From a virus (lineage: Duplodnaviria > Caudoviricetes), in IMG/VR virus record IMGVR_UViG_3300012953_000213, positions 1-24,680 of that record: 24,680 nt of DNA; one strand, given 5' to 3'. This document shows positions 7,941 through 17,452 of this stretch, one piece after another. The notes under the pieces were generated by a model, which saw nothing but the letters and a program-made list of their open reading frames with translations, was not told where the DNA came from and ran no database searches. Each line of letters starts with the position of its first letter. The stretch's first letter is position 1. The translations under genes were made by a program, and so were the position numbers.

Positions 7941-9251
7941 ATGGAAAACGAAGTACAAGAAAATGTAGAAGTTAAAGCAGTTGAAGAAACACCTTCTGAT
8001 GCTTTACCTCAAAATAAAGAAGCTGCTGTGCTTGAAAAAGCTGTAGAAGCAGGCGATGTAAAGCCAGAATATGGTTTACAAGATGATGGAGTCTATAAAA
8101 TAAATGTAGATAACCCACCACCGCCTAAAAAAGAAATTAAAGAAGAACCCAAAAAAGAAAAAGAAAATGCCGTTCAAAAATCAGAGCCAAAGGAAAGCGT
8201 GTTACGCGATGAACGACCCGAAGTGGGATTGCAAGAAGTGGGATCAGAAGTACGGGACGAATCCAACAAAGAAAATCTTACAGAGGAAAAACAAGCCCCT
8301 ATAGAGAAGGAAAAAACAGATTCACCATTAGAATTAATTATTGAAGAAGATAATAAAGCTGATGTCCCTAAAGAAATTAAAGAAGCACCTGCTGATTTAA
8401 AACCTAAGAAAGAATTACAGGAAGAAAAAATACCAGAACTTCCTGAAGGGGTAAATAAACTTATGAAATTTATAGAAGAAACAGGTGGAACTGTTGAAGA
8501 CTATGCTAAGTTAAATAAAGATTATTCTAAAATGGATAATTTAGTTTTACTTCGTGAATATTATGAGTTTACCAAACCTCATTTAGACAAAGAAGACATT
8601 AATTTTTTAATGGATAAAAACTTTGCCTATGATAAAGAATTAGACGATCCGTCTGATATAAAAGCTAAGCAATTAGCTTTTAAAGAAGAGTTATATAATG
8701 CTCAAAATGCATTAAATGGTGCTAAAGAAAAATATTATACTGATCTTAAGTTAAGAAAAAAGAATGATATTCCTAAAGAGTACCAAGAAGCATTAGTGTA
8801 TTATAATAAAACTCAGCAATTACTCAAAGAAGAAGCTCAAGTAGCGGATAATTTTTTAGAACAAACGAAAAATGTTTTTAACAATGATTTCAAAGGTTTT
8901 GATTTTAAGGTTGGAGAAAGCAAATATCGTGTTAAAATAGATAACACTAAAAAAATCCAAGAGTTTCAATCAGATATTAATAATTTCTTAAATCAATTTG
9001 TAGACGATAAAGGAGTTACTGATGCTAGAAAATACCATAAAGCTTTATACACCGCGCAAAATGCGGATAAAATAGCAAATCATTTTTACGAGCAAGGCCG
9101 TGCCGACGCTATAAAAGAATCTGCTAAAAAAGCTAAAAATATAAATATGGATCCAAGATCAGATGCCTCTTCTGTTGTTACAAAATCTGGTGATACGATA
9201 AGAGTTATATCTGGAGATTCTTCTGATAAATTGCGAATTAAATGGAAATAA
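7941..9251 (+). CDS. Putative capsid scaffolding protein
   Basis: Acidic, Glu/Lys/Pro-rich disordered N-half and helical C-half, located between portal and major capsid. Confidence 0.65.
   Translation: MENEVQENVEVKAVEETPSDALPQNKEAAVLEKAVEAGDVKPEYGLQDDGVYKINVDNPPPPKKEIKEEPKKEKENAVQKSEPKESVLRDERPEVGLQEVGSEVRDESNKENLTEEKQAPIEKEKTDSPLELIIEEDNKADVPKEIKEAPADLKPKKELQEEKIPELPEGVNKLMKFIEETGGTVEDYAKLNKDYSKMDNLVLLREYYEFTKPHLDKEDINFLMDKNFAYDKELDDPSDIKAKQLAFKEELYNAQNALNGAKEKYYTDLKLRKKNDIPKEYQEALVYYNKTQQLLKEEAQVADNFLEQTKNVFNNDFKGFDFKVGESKYRVKIDNTKKIQEFQSDINNFLNQFVDDKGVTDARKYHKALYTAQNADKIANHFYEQGRADAIKESAKKAKNINMDPRSDASSVVTKSGDTIRVISGDSSDKLRIKWK
8167..8304 (+). CDS. Overprinted (+1 frame) 45-aa basic protein nested in the scaffold gene; not in ORF track
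   Basis: MPFKNQSQRKACYAMNDPKWDCKKWDQKYGTNPTKKILQRKNKPL-TAG, with an A-rich leader. Coincides with rare codons in the scaffold frame. Resembles small phage proteins beginning MPFKS..Q. Confidence 0.7.
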   Translation: MPFKNQSQRKACYAMNDPKWDCKKWDQKYGTNPTKKILQRKNKPL

Positions 9252-9277
9252 TAATAATAACTTAAAATCAAAACATT

Positions 9278-10876
9278 ATGGCTTTTACTGGTGGCGTACC
9301 CGCCGCTTTACAACCGACCCAGACTAAAACACTTTATGCTGGGAACTATATTGACTTTACAGCCACAGGCTTTAGTCAATGGACACAACAATTTTTACCC
9401 GACGTATACGAAAAAGAAGTTGAAAGATATGGAAACAGATCAATCGGTTCTTTTCTTCGTATGGTATCTGCGGAGATGCCTTCTACATCAGATCAAATAA
9501 TTTGGACTGAGCAAGGAAGGTTACATACTAGATATGCAAACTGTTTACCTCAAGGAAATGCTGGTGCTATGCCTGCTGCAGGAGCTCAAGCTGCAATTGC
9601 TGCTGCTGGTGCTGCTGGTGGAGTACTTAACTTTAACGTACCTGCTGCAACACAACCTGCAAGCTTAGGTGTAAGTCCTACTACTCAAACATCACAAGTT
9701 AACTTCAGAGTTGGCCAAACTATTATGGTCCAAATTCAAACTAGTGCTACTTCAGCGGTTGGTGATCCAACTAAAGCTGTTATAAAAGGAGTTTGTACTG
9801 CTGTTGGAGTTGGTGGAGGTGCTACTGGTGGTGGACAACAATTTCAAATGCAAGCATATGCTGCTCATGGAGGAGTATTAGCTGCTGAAAGAGTTACTGC
9901 TATTGCATACGGTTCTGAATTTGCTAAAGGTACTGGAAACTTTACTGAAAGCTTAGATCCAGGATATGCTACTTTTACAACTTCTCCTTTAATTTTAAAA
10001 GAAAACTATCAAATCAATGGTTCTGACACTGCTCAGATTGGTTGGATTGAAGTTACTTCTGAAAATGGAGCTGGTGGTTATTTATGGTACATTAAATCAG
10101 AGCATGAAAATAGACTTCGATGGGAAGACTACATGGAAATGGCTATGATTGAAGGTGTTAAAAAAGTAGCCGGTGGTGCTGCTATTCCTCTTGGAACTTA
10201 TGGAGGAAGTTTAGCTGCTCAAAATGCTAGAGGTACTGAAGGTTTCTTTGAAGCTTTAGAATCTCGTGGAAATGTTTATTCAGGATTTGGTGGACAAGCT
10301 GCTGCTCAAGCTGGTGGTGGTGCGTTAACTGATTTTGATAACGTTCTTAAACAATTAGACAAGCAAGGATCAATTGAAGAAAATATGCTATTTTTAAATA
10401 GAGAACTTTCTTTAGAAATTGATGACATACTTGCAATGCAAAATGGTAATTATGCTGGTGCAGCTGGATATGCTCACGGTACATCTTATGGTGTATTCAA
10501 TAACAGCTCTGATATGGCTCTTAATTTAGGATTTACTGGTTACAGAAGAGGTTCTTATGACTTCTACAAAACTGACTGGAAATACTTAAATGATTGGTCA
10601 ACAAGAGGTGGTTTTGGAGGTGTCGAAGGTGTATTAGTACCTGCTGGAACTTCTACTGTTTATGACCAACAATTAGGTCAAAACATTAAAAGACCATTTT
10701 TACATATTCGCTATAGAGCTTCAGAAACAGAGAACAGAAAAAACAAATCTTGGATTACAGGATCTGTTGGAACTGGTGCTCCTACTTCTGATATTGATGA
10801 AATGAAAATCAATTACTTAAGTGAAAGATGTCTTGTTACACAAGCTGCTAATAATTTTGTATTATTTAAAGCTTAA
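9278..10876 (+). CDS. Major capsid protein
   Basis: 532 aa after the scaffold, with high-expression codon bias and followed by a strong terminator. Segments 'QQFLPDVYEKEVERYGNR', 'WTEQGRLH' and 'YLSERCL' fit crAss-like/flavobacterial podophage capsid proteins. Confidence 0.85.
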   Translation: MAFTGGVPAALQPTQTKTLYAGNYIDFTATGFSQWTQQFLPDVYEKEVERYGNRSIGSFLRMVSAEMPSTSDQIIWTEQGRLHTRYANCLPQGNAGAMPAAGAQAAIAAAGAAGGVLNFNVPAATQPASLGVSPTTQTSQVNFRVGQTIMVQIQTSATSAVGDPTKAVIKGVCTAVGVGGGATGGGQQFQMQAYAAHGGVLAAERVTAIAYGSEFAKGTGNFTESLDPGYATFTTSPLILKENYQINGSDTAQIGWIEVTSENGAGGYLWYIKSEHENRLRWEDYMEMAMIEGVKKVAGGAAIPLGTYGGSLAAQNARGTEGFFEALESRGNVYSGFGGQAAAQAGGGALTDFDNVLKQLDKQGSIEENMLFLNRELSLEIDDILAMQNGNYAGAAGYAHGTSYGVFNNSSDMALNLGFTGYRRGSYDFYKTDWKYLNDWSTRGGFGGVEGVLVPAGTSTVYDQQLGQNIKRPFLHIRYRASETENRKNKSWITGSVGTGAPTSDIDEMKINYLSERCLVTQAANNFVLFKA

Positions 10877-10890
10877 TTTTTTTTAACTAT

Positions 10891-10935
10891 AGAATGCGGG
10901 CTCTTCGGGGCCCGTTATTCTTATTTTATATTATT
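10891..10935 (+). terminator. Intrinsic terminator after the capsid gene
   Basis: Stem GCGGGCTC/GGGCCCGT with a C(UUCG)G tetraloop (10896-10915), extended by AGAAT/ATTCT and followed by a T-rich tract. Confidence 0.8.
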
Positions 10936-10940
10936 TTATT

Positions 10941-11720
10941 ATGACAACAAAAGAAAAAGTAAAAAGTAGTGCGGCTATTGTTGATGCTGCATGGGAATAT
11001 AAGGATAGAACTTATATTTTAAAAGGTGAGAATTCACCTGTATCATACACTATACAAGCAAAGCATACGCCAAGAAGACCATTATTATGGTGGGACGAAG
11101 GTTTAAAAGTAAATAGAGAAATAAGATTAGCAACGAATCAAGATTCAATATTTGCTGATCAACAAGATGGTTATGCAACTCTAACACATGTTATGTTTCA
11201 AGATGGTGTTATACAAGTACCTAGAAATGAAGTTAATATGCAAAAACTTTTATCAATATATCATCCACAGGTTGATGAATTATGGGAAGAAGTTAATATT
11301 GCAAAAGAAGCTGCAGATGAAATTGAGATACTTGAGCAAGAAATGGAAGCATTAAATTTAGTTCAACAACTTGACATTGAGCATTTAGAAGCAGTAATGA
11401 GAACAGAATTAGGGAGTTCAGTTTCTACTATGACGTCTAAAGAACTTAAAAGAGATGCTTACAGATTTGCAAAAAATAACCCAAAATTATTTATAGAAAT
11501 ATCTAATGACGAAGATATTAAATTGCGAAATTTAGCTAATAGAGCTGTTGAACAAGGTATTATAATGTTAACAGATGACAATACAGTATTTAAATTTGCT
11601 AATGGTAAAAAAATACTTACTGTTCCATTTGATCAGCATCCATATAGTGCTTTATCTCAATACTTTAAAACTGATGAAGGCGTTGATTTAATGAAATCAT
11701 TAATGAAAAAGCTTGCATAG
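10941..11720 (+). CDS. Hypothetical protein of the head module (259 aa)
   Basis: Long ORF with normal codon usage. No recognisable motif. Confidence 0.75.
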   Translation: MTTKEKVKSSAAIVDAAWEYKDRTYILKGENSPVSYTIQAKHTPRRPLLWWDEGLKVNREIRLATNQDSIFADQQDGYATLTHVMFQDGVIQVPRNEVNMQKLLSIYHPQVDELWEEVNIAKEAADEIEILEQEMEALNLVQQLDIEHLEAVMRTELGSSVSTMTSKELKRDAYRFAKNNPKLFIEISNDEDIKLRNLANRAVEQGIIMLTDDNTVFKFANGKKILTVPFDQHPYSALSQYFKTDEGVDLMKSLMKKLA

Positions 11721-11727
11721 GTTACCG

Positions 11728-11756
11728 GATATGGAGTGAGAAATCAACTCCATATC
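11728..11756 (+). promoter_or_regulatory. Intergenic stem-loop without U-tract
   Basis: GATATGGAGT-GA-GAAA-TC-A-ACTCCATATC: a 10-bp perfect stem plus 2 bp, a one-base bulge and a GNRA loop. Confidence 0.6.
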
Positions 11757-11782
11757 AACAAATTAATAATAAAAAGTAATAA

Positions 11783-12526
11783 ATGGTTAATATAAATAAT
11801 GTATACCAAACGGTTCTTGTTATAGCCAACAAAGATAATAGAGGATATATAACACCTGAAGAATTTAATAGGCTAGCAGACCAATCTCAAAATGAAATAT
11901 TTGAAGCTTATTTTATGAAGCAAGCTAGTTATGAGGGGGGTGTAGAAATTCAAAGTGATTTTTCTGATCCAGAATTAAATGGTTCAGAAAAAATTAATGA
12001 GTTTTATAAAAACAGTTCTTTAACTAAAGCTGGTAATATTTTTACTTATCCAACAGATATAAGATCTTTAGGTGTAGTTAATGTTAATGAGATAGTTGCT
12101 GATAAAGCATCTCATGAGGAAATAAAATATATAAATTTATCTCCTTTAACTTACCCTGTGGCTAAACAACCTGTATATACTTTAAGCTCAACCGGGGTAA
12201 GGGTATATCCTGATACTATTACAACAGGTGTTTCAATAGATTATCTTAAAAATCCTGTTAGACCAAAATGGGGTTATGTTATGCCTACAGCCGCACAAAT
12301 AGCAGCAGGTGTACCAAATGAGCCTATTTATGATCCTACTGTATTTGATCCCGCAGTTGACAGCTATGACACACCAGCTAAGTCATTTAATTTTGAATTA
12401 CATGATTCAGAATTTAACGAATTAGTAGTAACCATATTATCATATGCTGGCGTAGTAATAAAACAACCTGATGTAACACAATTTGCAACTTCAAAAGAAG
12501 TGCAATTTCAACAAACTGAACAATAA
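11783..12526 (+). CDS. Putative head-tail adaptor/ring protein
   Basis: 'NKDNRGYITPEEFNRLA..Q' N-terminal helix and 'IDYLKNPVRPKWGY' resemble crAss-like ring proteins. Position fits. Confidence 0.6.
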   Translation: MVNINNVYQTVLVIANKDNRGYITPEEFNRLADQSQNEIFEAYFMKQASYEGGVEIQSDFSDPELNGSEKINEFYKNSSLTKAGNIFTYPTDIRSLGVVNVNEIVADKASHEEIKYINLSPLTYPVAKQPVYTLSSTGVRVYPDTITTGVSIDYLKNPVRPKWGYVMPTAAQIAAGVPNEPIYDPTVFDPAVDSYDTPAKSFNFELHDSEFNELVVTILSYAGVVIKQPDVTQFATSKEVQFQQTEQ

Positions 12527-13449
12527 TGGCAATATCAAGAAGACCTTTAGACGTAGATAATTATTCCGCTTTAGACGGTGGGACAGGTTTAGCAATACCC
12601 GGATATTATAGAAGGACTAATCTTAATGATATAATTAATAATTTTAAGATTGCATATATAGGTAATGGGAAATTACTTTCAGCAGTGCCAAGATATGAAG
12701 TAGCCTTTTGGGCACAAAGAGCTGTACAAGAATTTAGTTATGATGTATTTCATTCTGAAAAATCTTTAGAAATACAATTAAGCTCTACATTACAAATGTC
12801 ATTGCCATCAGATTATGTTAATTATATAAAATTATGTTACACAGATAATTATGGAGTTCAAAGAACTATTTTGCCTAGCAACGTAACACATGCAAATAAA
12901 GGAGTTGCCCAAGATGAAGAATATAAATATTTATATGATCAGGATGGTAATATAATATATGCGGAAGAATCAGAAACAATACAAAGATTTCAAACAGCTA
13001 ATAACTTAGTAAGCACTCAAGAAACTTTAGATTATTATAATGGATATTATTATGATGCTGATTTTTCTTATTTTGGTAGCAGATATGGATCAACTCCTGA
13101 ATTTCAAAATACTAATGGATCTTTTGTTTTAGATTTAAATGCGGGACAAATTTATTTTAGTTCTGAATTTACACAAGATACCTATGTTACTTTAACATAT
13201 ATTTCAGATGGTCTTGGAGAAAATGGTGATCTTGATAATGTATTAGTTCCTAAATTAGCTGAAGATGCAGTATATGCAAGTATTTTATATAATTTAGCTA
13301 AGCTTAGGGTTTCTGCTGCACCTGCTGCTGCTCTTTATAAGAAAGAAGCATACGCAAAAATGCAAAATGCAAAAATTAGAATTGCAAATATGAAAATAGC
13401 TGAAATGACTAATATATTTAGAAATAAAGCTAAGTGGATTAAACATTAA
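12526..13449 (+). CDS. Putative tail ring/tubular protein
   Basis: 'RAVQEFSYD..LPSDYVNY..LTYISDG..VPKLAEDAVYA' is an adaptor-type pattern. Coupled to the previous gene (TAATG). Confidence 0.6.
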   Translation: MAISRRPLDVDNYSALDGGTGLAIPGYYRRTNLNDIINNFKIAYIGNGKLLSAVPRYEVAFWAQRAVQEFSYDVFHSEKSLEIQLSSTLQMSLPSDYVNYIKLCYTDNYGVQRTILPSNVTHANKGVAQDEEYKYLYDQDGNIIYAEESETIQRFQTANNLVSTQETLDYYNGYYYDADFSYFGSRYGSTPEFQNTNGSFVLDLNAGQIYFSSEFTQDTYVTLTYISDGLGENGDLDNVLVPKLAEDAVYASILYNLAKLRVSAAPAAALYKKEAYAKMQNAKIRIANMKIAEMTNIFRNKAKWIKH

Positions 13450-13458
13450 TAAAATTCT

Positions 13459-16400
13459 ATGCCAGAAATTAAAAGAACATTTAATGGCGGTAAAATGAAC
13501 CGTGATTTAGATGATAGAATACTACCTCCGGGTGACTACCGAGAAGCTTTTAATGTTAATATAGGACAATCAGAAGCTTCAGATGTAGGTTCAATTGAAA
13601 ATTTATTAGGTAATGAATTAGTAGCACAAAACCCTATTACAAATGGCGAATGTATTGGTTATGTTAGTGATAGCAAAACTGAAAAAATATATTTTTTTGT
13701 TACTAATAATTCAATATATAACGAAACAAATACAGGTCAGCATGGGCTTTTTGAATATGATCAAAAAACTAAACAAACTACAACATTAATAATTTCTACT
13801 CAATTAAATTTACATCAAGATTATCCTATTACAGGTATTAACATTGTGGATGATCTTTTATTTTGGACTGATAATAGAAATTATCCTAGAAAAATTAATG
13901 TGGTTACAGCTAGGAATAATACATCGTATTATACAGCAGCTCCAGATATTGATAATTTAATTTCTGTTTGTAAATTTGCTCCTTATGAATCTTTAACTAT
14001 AGTAGAAGCAACTAAAGAATCTACAATTACTTCTACATTTATGCAGGATAAATTAATTAGATTTTCATATAGATGGCAATTTGAAGATAGTGAATATAGT
14101 ACTTTAGCACCTTTTACTCCAGTATGTTTTTCAAGATTAAATGAAACAGATACTATTAATGCTTCTTTAGGAAATTTTGGAGAAATTGAAACTTTTACTA
14201 ATGCAATTAATCAATTAAAATTACAAATTCCAACACCAACTGGATATGGAATTACAAGTGTAGAATTAATTTATAAAGAATCCGGAACTGCAGGAGCTAT
14301 GTATGTGGTCAATGATAAAGAAGTAACTACAGAGCCGTTTGTTAACTTTACATATTCTTCAACAGACCCATTTAGAACTTTACCTCCTGATCAATTAACT
14401 AGAGTTTATGATGCTGTTCCTTTAAAAGCAAAAGCTCAAGACGTAGCAGGCGGAAGATTAGTCTATGGTAATTTTTTACAAAATTTTGATTTACCTCAAA
14501 TTTCTTTTTCGGTTGCAAGAACAGGAGAAACTTCAGCAAGAAACGGTGTTTTAGAAAATCAATCTGTTAAATCAAGAAGAACATATCAGGTAGGAATTGT
14601 ATTAGCTGATAAATTTGGAAGGCAATCGCCTGTAATTTTATCTAGTGCTGGTACAGATACAGTATTTATTGACCCAGGATATGGAAATGCAGCTGCAACT
14701 ACAGCATTTAATGCATTAAGAATAACGTTTACAGATACTACACAAATACCTGATTGGGCATACTCATATAGAGTGGTTGTAAAACAAAGAGAGCAAGAAT
14801 ATTATAATTGGATTTCTACAATCACAGGGGCTAACAACGTTGAACGTTTAGGAGATAGCATAAATAAAGTTCCTAGAGACCAAGATGCTGTTATACCTCC
14901 TAGTACTTCAGCTACAATTTCCCCATGTGATGTGTCTGTATACCCTAAATATTTAAATGGAGGTAATGTATATACTTCACCACAGGCTAATTTAACTAAA
15001 GTTCAATCAATTGCAAATCCTTCGGGAGATGCACTTGTAACAACATTAGATAATTCAGGTGCTTCAGTTACGAGTGGATTGTGTGTATTTGAAACTGAAC
15101 CTGTTAGTTCAGAATTAGATATATTTTATGAAACATCTACAGGCGGGTTAATTTCAGAAATACCAGCTACTGCAATTGATATTGATTTTTTTAATTGTAT
15201 ATTATTAACATTTGATCCAGGAGGAACTGGAAATGATCATATTGAAATAAATAGAATACGCGCTGGTTTTAATGAACCATTTTTTGACGTAGGAGTTAGA
15301 GCTTATGTTGTTCAAGAAAATTTTACTGAAGAAAGAAGAAATAATACATTAATACACTCTAGTGGTTTATTAAATTCTAGAACTGGAATTAATTATATAA
15401 ATCAATTTAATGAAGCTGAAGGTGGATTAACTACATCTCTAGATCCTCAAGACGGATCAATACAAAAATTATTTACAGATGATACTGCTATTTTAATTTT
15501 TCAAGAAGATAAAGTATCTAGATCACCTATTGACAAAGATTTTATTTATTCTGCAGAAGGAGGAGCGGTGCCTGTAACAAGTAATACTCAATTTTTAGGT
15601 ACTATAGCACCAGTGCCTGGACAATTTGGAATAGCTAAAAATCCAAAATCATTTGCAACGTACGGATTTTCTCAATATTTTACTGATACTAATAGAGGAG
15701 TTGTTTTAAGATTAGTAAGAGGACAGATACAAGAAATATCTAGCATTGGACTAGGTGATTTTTTTAGAGATGCATTGCAAGCTTCAACTGATGTGATTGG
15801 GTCTTTTGATGAATACAGTAGACTTTATGAATTAACAATGGTTGGTTTAGGTTTTGATGGTAATCAAGACACAAATGTAGGTACGGCTTCAAGTAATTAT
15901 TTAACTATTTGCTTTGATGATAGATCTAATGGGTGGACTTCATTTAGAGGATTTAAACAAGAAGGAGGTCTTTCATTAAATAATTCATATTATACATTTG
16001 GGTCAGGTAGTCTTTGGCAACATCACAGCCCTAATGTTACAAGAAATAATTTTTATAATACAGGAACACAAGAGTCATATGTTATACCAATTTTTAATGA
16101 TGCTCCTTCGTTAGTTAAACAATTTAATACTTTAGCGTATGAAGGTAATAGCGGGTGGAAATTATCTTATTTAGAAACAGATATTTCTAATATTGGAACA
16201 ATTCCAGTGCCAGCTACAACCTTTGATACTACTTTGCAATTAAGTGGATCGGCGCCCAACTCTATATTTAATGGCGCTAATACTAGTATTAATAAACAGG
16301 GAGAGCAAATTTTTTGGGCTATATTTGTTTCACCATTAAATTCACAGTTTAAATTTTCTAATACTTCTGATGTAACTTTAACTCAAGCAGCAGGTAGTAC

Positions 16401-17448
16401 ATTAACGGTTACTAATCCTTCAGCTATAACAAATGGGCAGTTAGTTTTTCAAGTGTCTCATGTTGTTGGTTCCAGTAACTCTATACAAACATTAAACATA
16501 GGAGGTACTGGTGCTGAATTAGCATTTACAGTAGCTTTATTAACAGTAAACACTATAGATACTATTTCAAATGCAGCAATAACACCTGCTTCTCAAGTAT
16601 TTAATAGTGCTGGTAATAATAATGTACAATTTACAGCATCTGCTTTTTCTAATTACTATGTTGATAATACTAACGTTGTAATTAATACTAGTGGAATGCC
16701 AGCTAGCACAAGTGTAGGCTCACCAACAGCAACTCAAAACGGAGATAATGTTAACTATTCAATTCCAATAGTAGTTCCAACATCAGCAACCGCTGGTATT
16801 ATAACAGTTACAGGTTCAGCAACTTTAAAACCAACATTAACATGGGCTGCAATTGCTGGGCCCGGTGTTTTAAATACTCCAGCGGGAACGGCAATAGGAA
16901 CAGCATATTATATTTCACCTTTTGATAATGCAAATTTGAGACTAGCTACAATTGTGTATACATGTGCAGCTACAGAGGTATTAACTACATCTTCTCAAAC
17001 TGTAGCTTATAATGTGGGTGGTGCAACTATAACTCCGGTATTAAGTAATTTAGATGGAATTTTAACTTTCACTATACAATTACCAAATTTAACCACAAAT
17101 ACAACTGCTACAGCAACACTGGGCACTTATACGCCGGCTACAGCAACGCTGGGCTCTATACCAGCCACACAAAATTTAGTTCAAGCTGGAACAGCAATTA
17201 CTATTGCTAATACATGGAACGTTCAAATTTCTGTAACTCCTTCTGATAACGGTGGTTTTGGTACAAGTTGGATTAAATTTAATGGAAACAATGGAACAGC
17301 TATTGTTGAACCTGGAGCTACTTTTACAATAAGTGCTGATGCTAACAATACAGGGTCAAGTAGAACTGTAGATGCTATAATTGCTTCTACTAATACAAGA
17401 ATAACCCCTGCATTATCAAATCAAACAATAACAATAACACAAGCTTAA
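13459..17448 (+). CDS. Tail muzzle/stabilisation protein (P22 gp10/T7 gp12-like position) with C-terminal Ig-like array ending in a BACON-like domain
   Basis: 1329 aa. N-terminal 'F.GGKMNRDLDDRILP', 'LFWTDNRNYPRKIN' and beta-propeller-like repeats. From about aa 915 it is Thr/Ala/Val-rich beta sequence ending W..W..ANNTGSSRT..TITITQA. Confidence 0.7.
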   Translation: MPEIKRTFNGGKMNRDLDDRILPPGDYREAFNVNIGQSEASDVGSIENLLGNELVAQNPITNGECIGYVSDSKTEKIYFFVTNNSIYNETNTGQHGLFEYDQKTKQTTTLIISTQLNLHQDYPITGINIVDDLLFWTDNRNYPRKINVVTARNNTSYYTAAPDIDNLISVCKFAPYESLTIVEATKESTITSTFMQDKLIRFSYRWQFEDSEYSTLAPFTPVCFSRLNETDTINASLGNFGEIETFTNAINQLKLQIPTPTGYGITSVELIYKESGTAGAMYVVNDKEVTTEPFVNFTYSSTDPFRTLPPDQLTRVYDAVPLKAKAQDVAGGRLVYGNFLQNFDLPQISFSVARTGETSARNGVLENQSVKSRRTYQVGIVLADKFGRQSPVILSSAGTDTVFIDPGYGNAAATTAFNALRITFTDTTQIPDWAYSYRVVVKQREQEYYNWISTITGANNVERLGDSINKVPRDQDAVIPPSTSATISPCDVSVYPKYLNGGNVYTSPQANLTKVQSIANPSGDALVTTLDNSGASVTSGLCVFETEPVSSELDIFYETSTGGLISEIPATAIDIDFFNCILLTFDPGGTGNDHIEINRIRAGFNEPFFDVGVRAYVVQENFTEERRNNTLIHSSGLLNSRTGINYINQFNEAEGGLTTSLDPQDGSIQKLFTDDTAILIFQEDKVSRSPIDKDFIYSAEGGAVPVTSNTQFLGTIAPVPGQFGIAKNPKSFATYGFSQYFTDTNRGVVLRLVRGQIQEISSIGLGDFFRDALQASTDVIGSFDEYSRLYELTMVGLGFDGNQDTNVGTASSNYLTICFDDRSNGWTSFRGFKQEGGLSLNNSYYTFGSGSLWQHHSPNVTRNNFYNTGTQESYVIPIFNDAPSLVKQFNTLAYEGNSGWKLSYLETDISNIGTIPVPATTFDTTLQLSGSAPNSIFNGANTSINKQGEQIFWAIFVSPLNSQFKFSNTSDVTLTQAAGSTLTVTNPSAITNGQLVFQVSHVVGSSNSIQTLNIGGTGAELAFTVALLTVNTIDTISNAAITPASQVFNSAGNNNVQFTASAFSNYYVDNTNVVINTSGMPASTSVGSPTATQNGDNVNYSIPIVVPTSATAGIITVTGSATLKPTLTWAAIAGPGVLNTPAGTAIGTAYYISPFDNANLRLATIVYTCAATEVLTTSSQTVAYNVGGATITPVLSNLDGILTFTIQLPNLTTNTTATATLGTYTPATATLGSIPATQNLVQAGTAITIANTWNVQISVTPSDNGGFGTSWIKFNGNNGTAIVEPGATFTISADANNTGSSRTVDAIIASTNTRITPALSNQTITITQA
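17107..17154 (+). repeat. 18-bp direct repeat (17/18 identical, 30-nt period)
   Basis: GCTACAGCAACACTGGGC (17107-17124) and GCTACAGCAACGCTGGGC (17137-17154), both encoding ATATLG. Confidence 0.8.
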
Positions 17449-17452
17449 TAAT

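Noticed and set aside
9291-9500. 69-aa +1 ORF at the start of the capsid gene
   Set aside because: GTG start lies inside a hairpin, and capsid codon usage avoids +1 stops. No recognisable motif, so support is much weaker than for the other nested ORFs.
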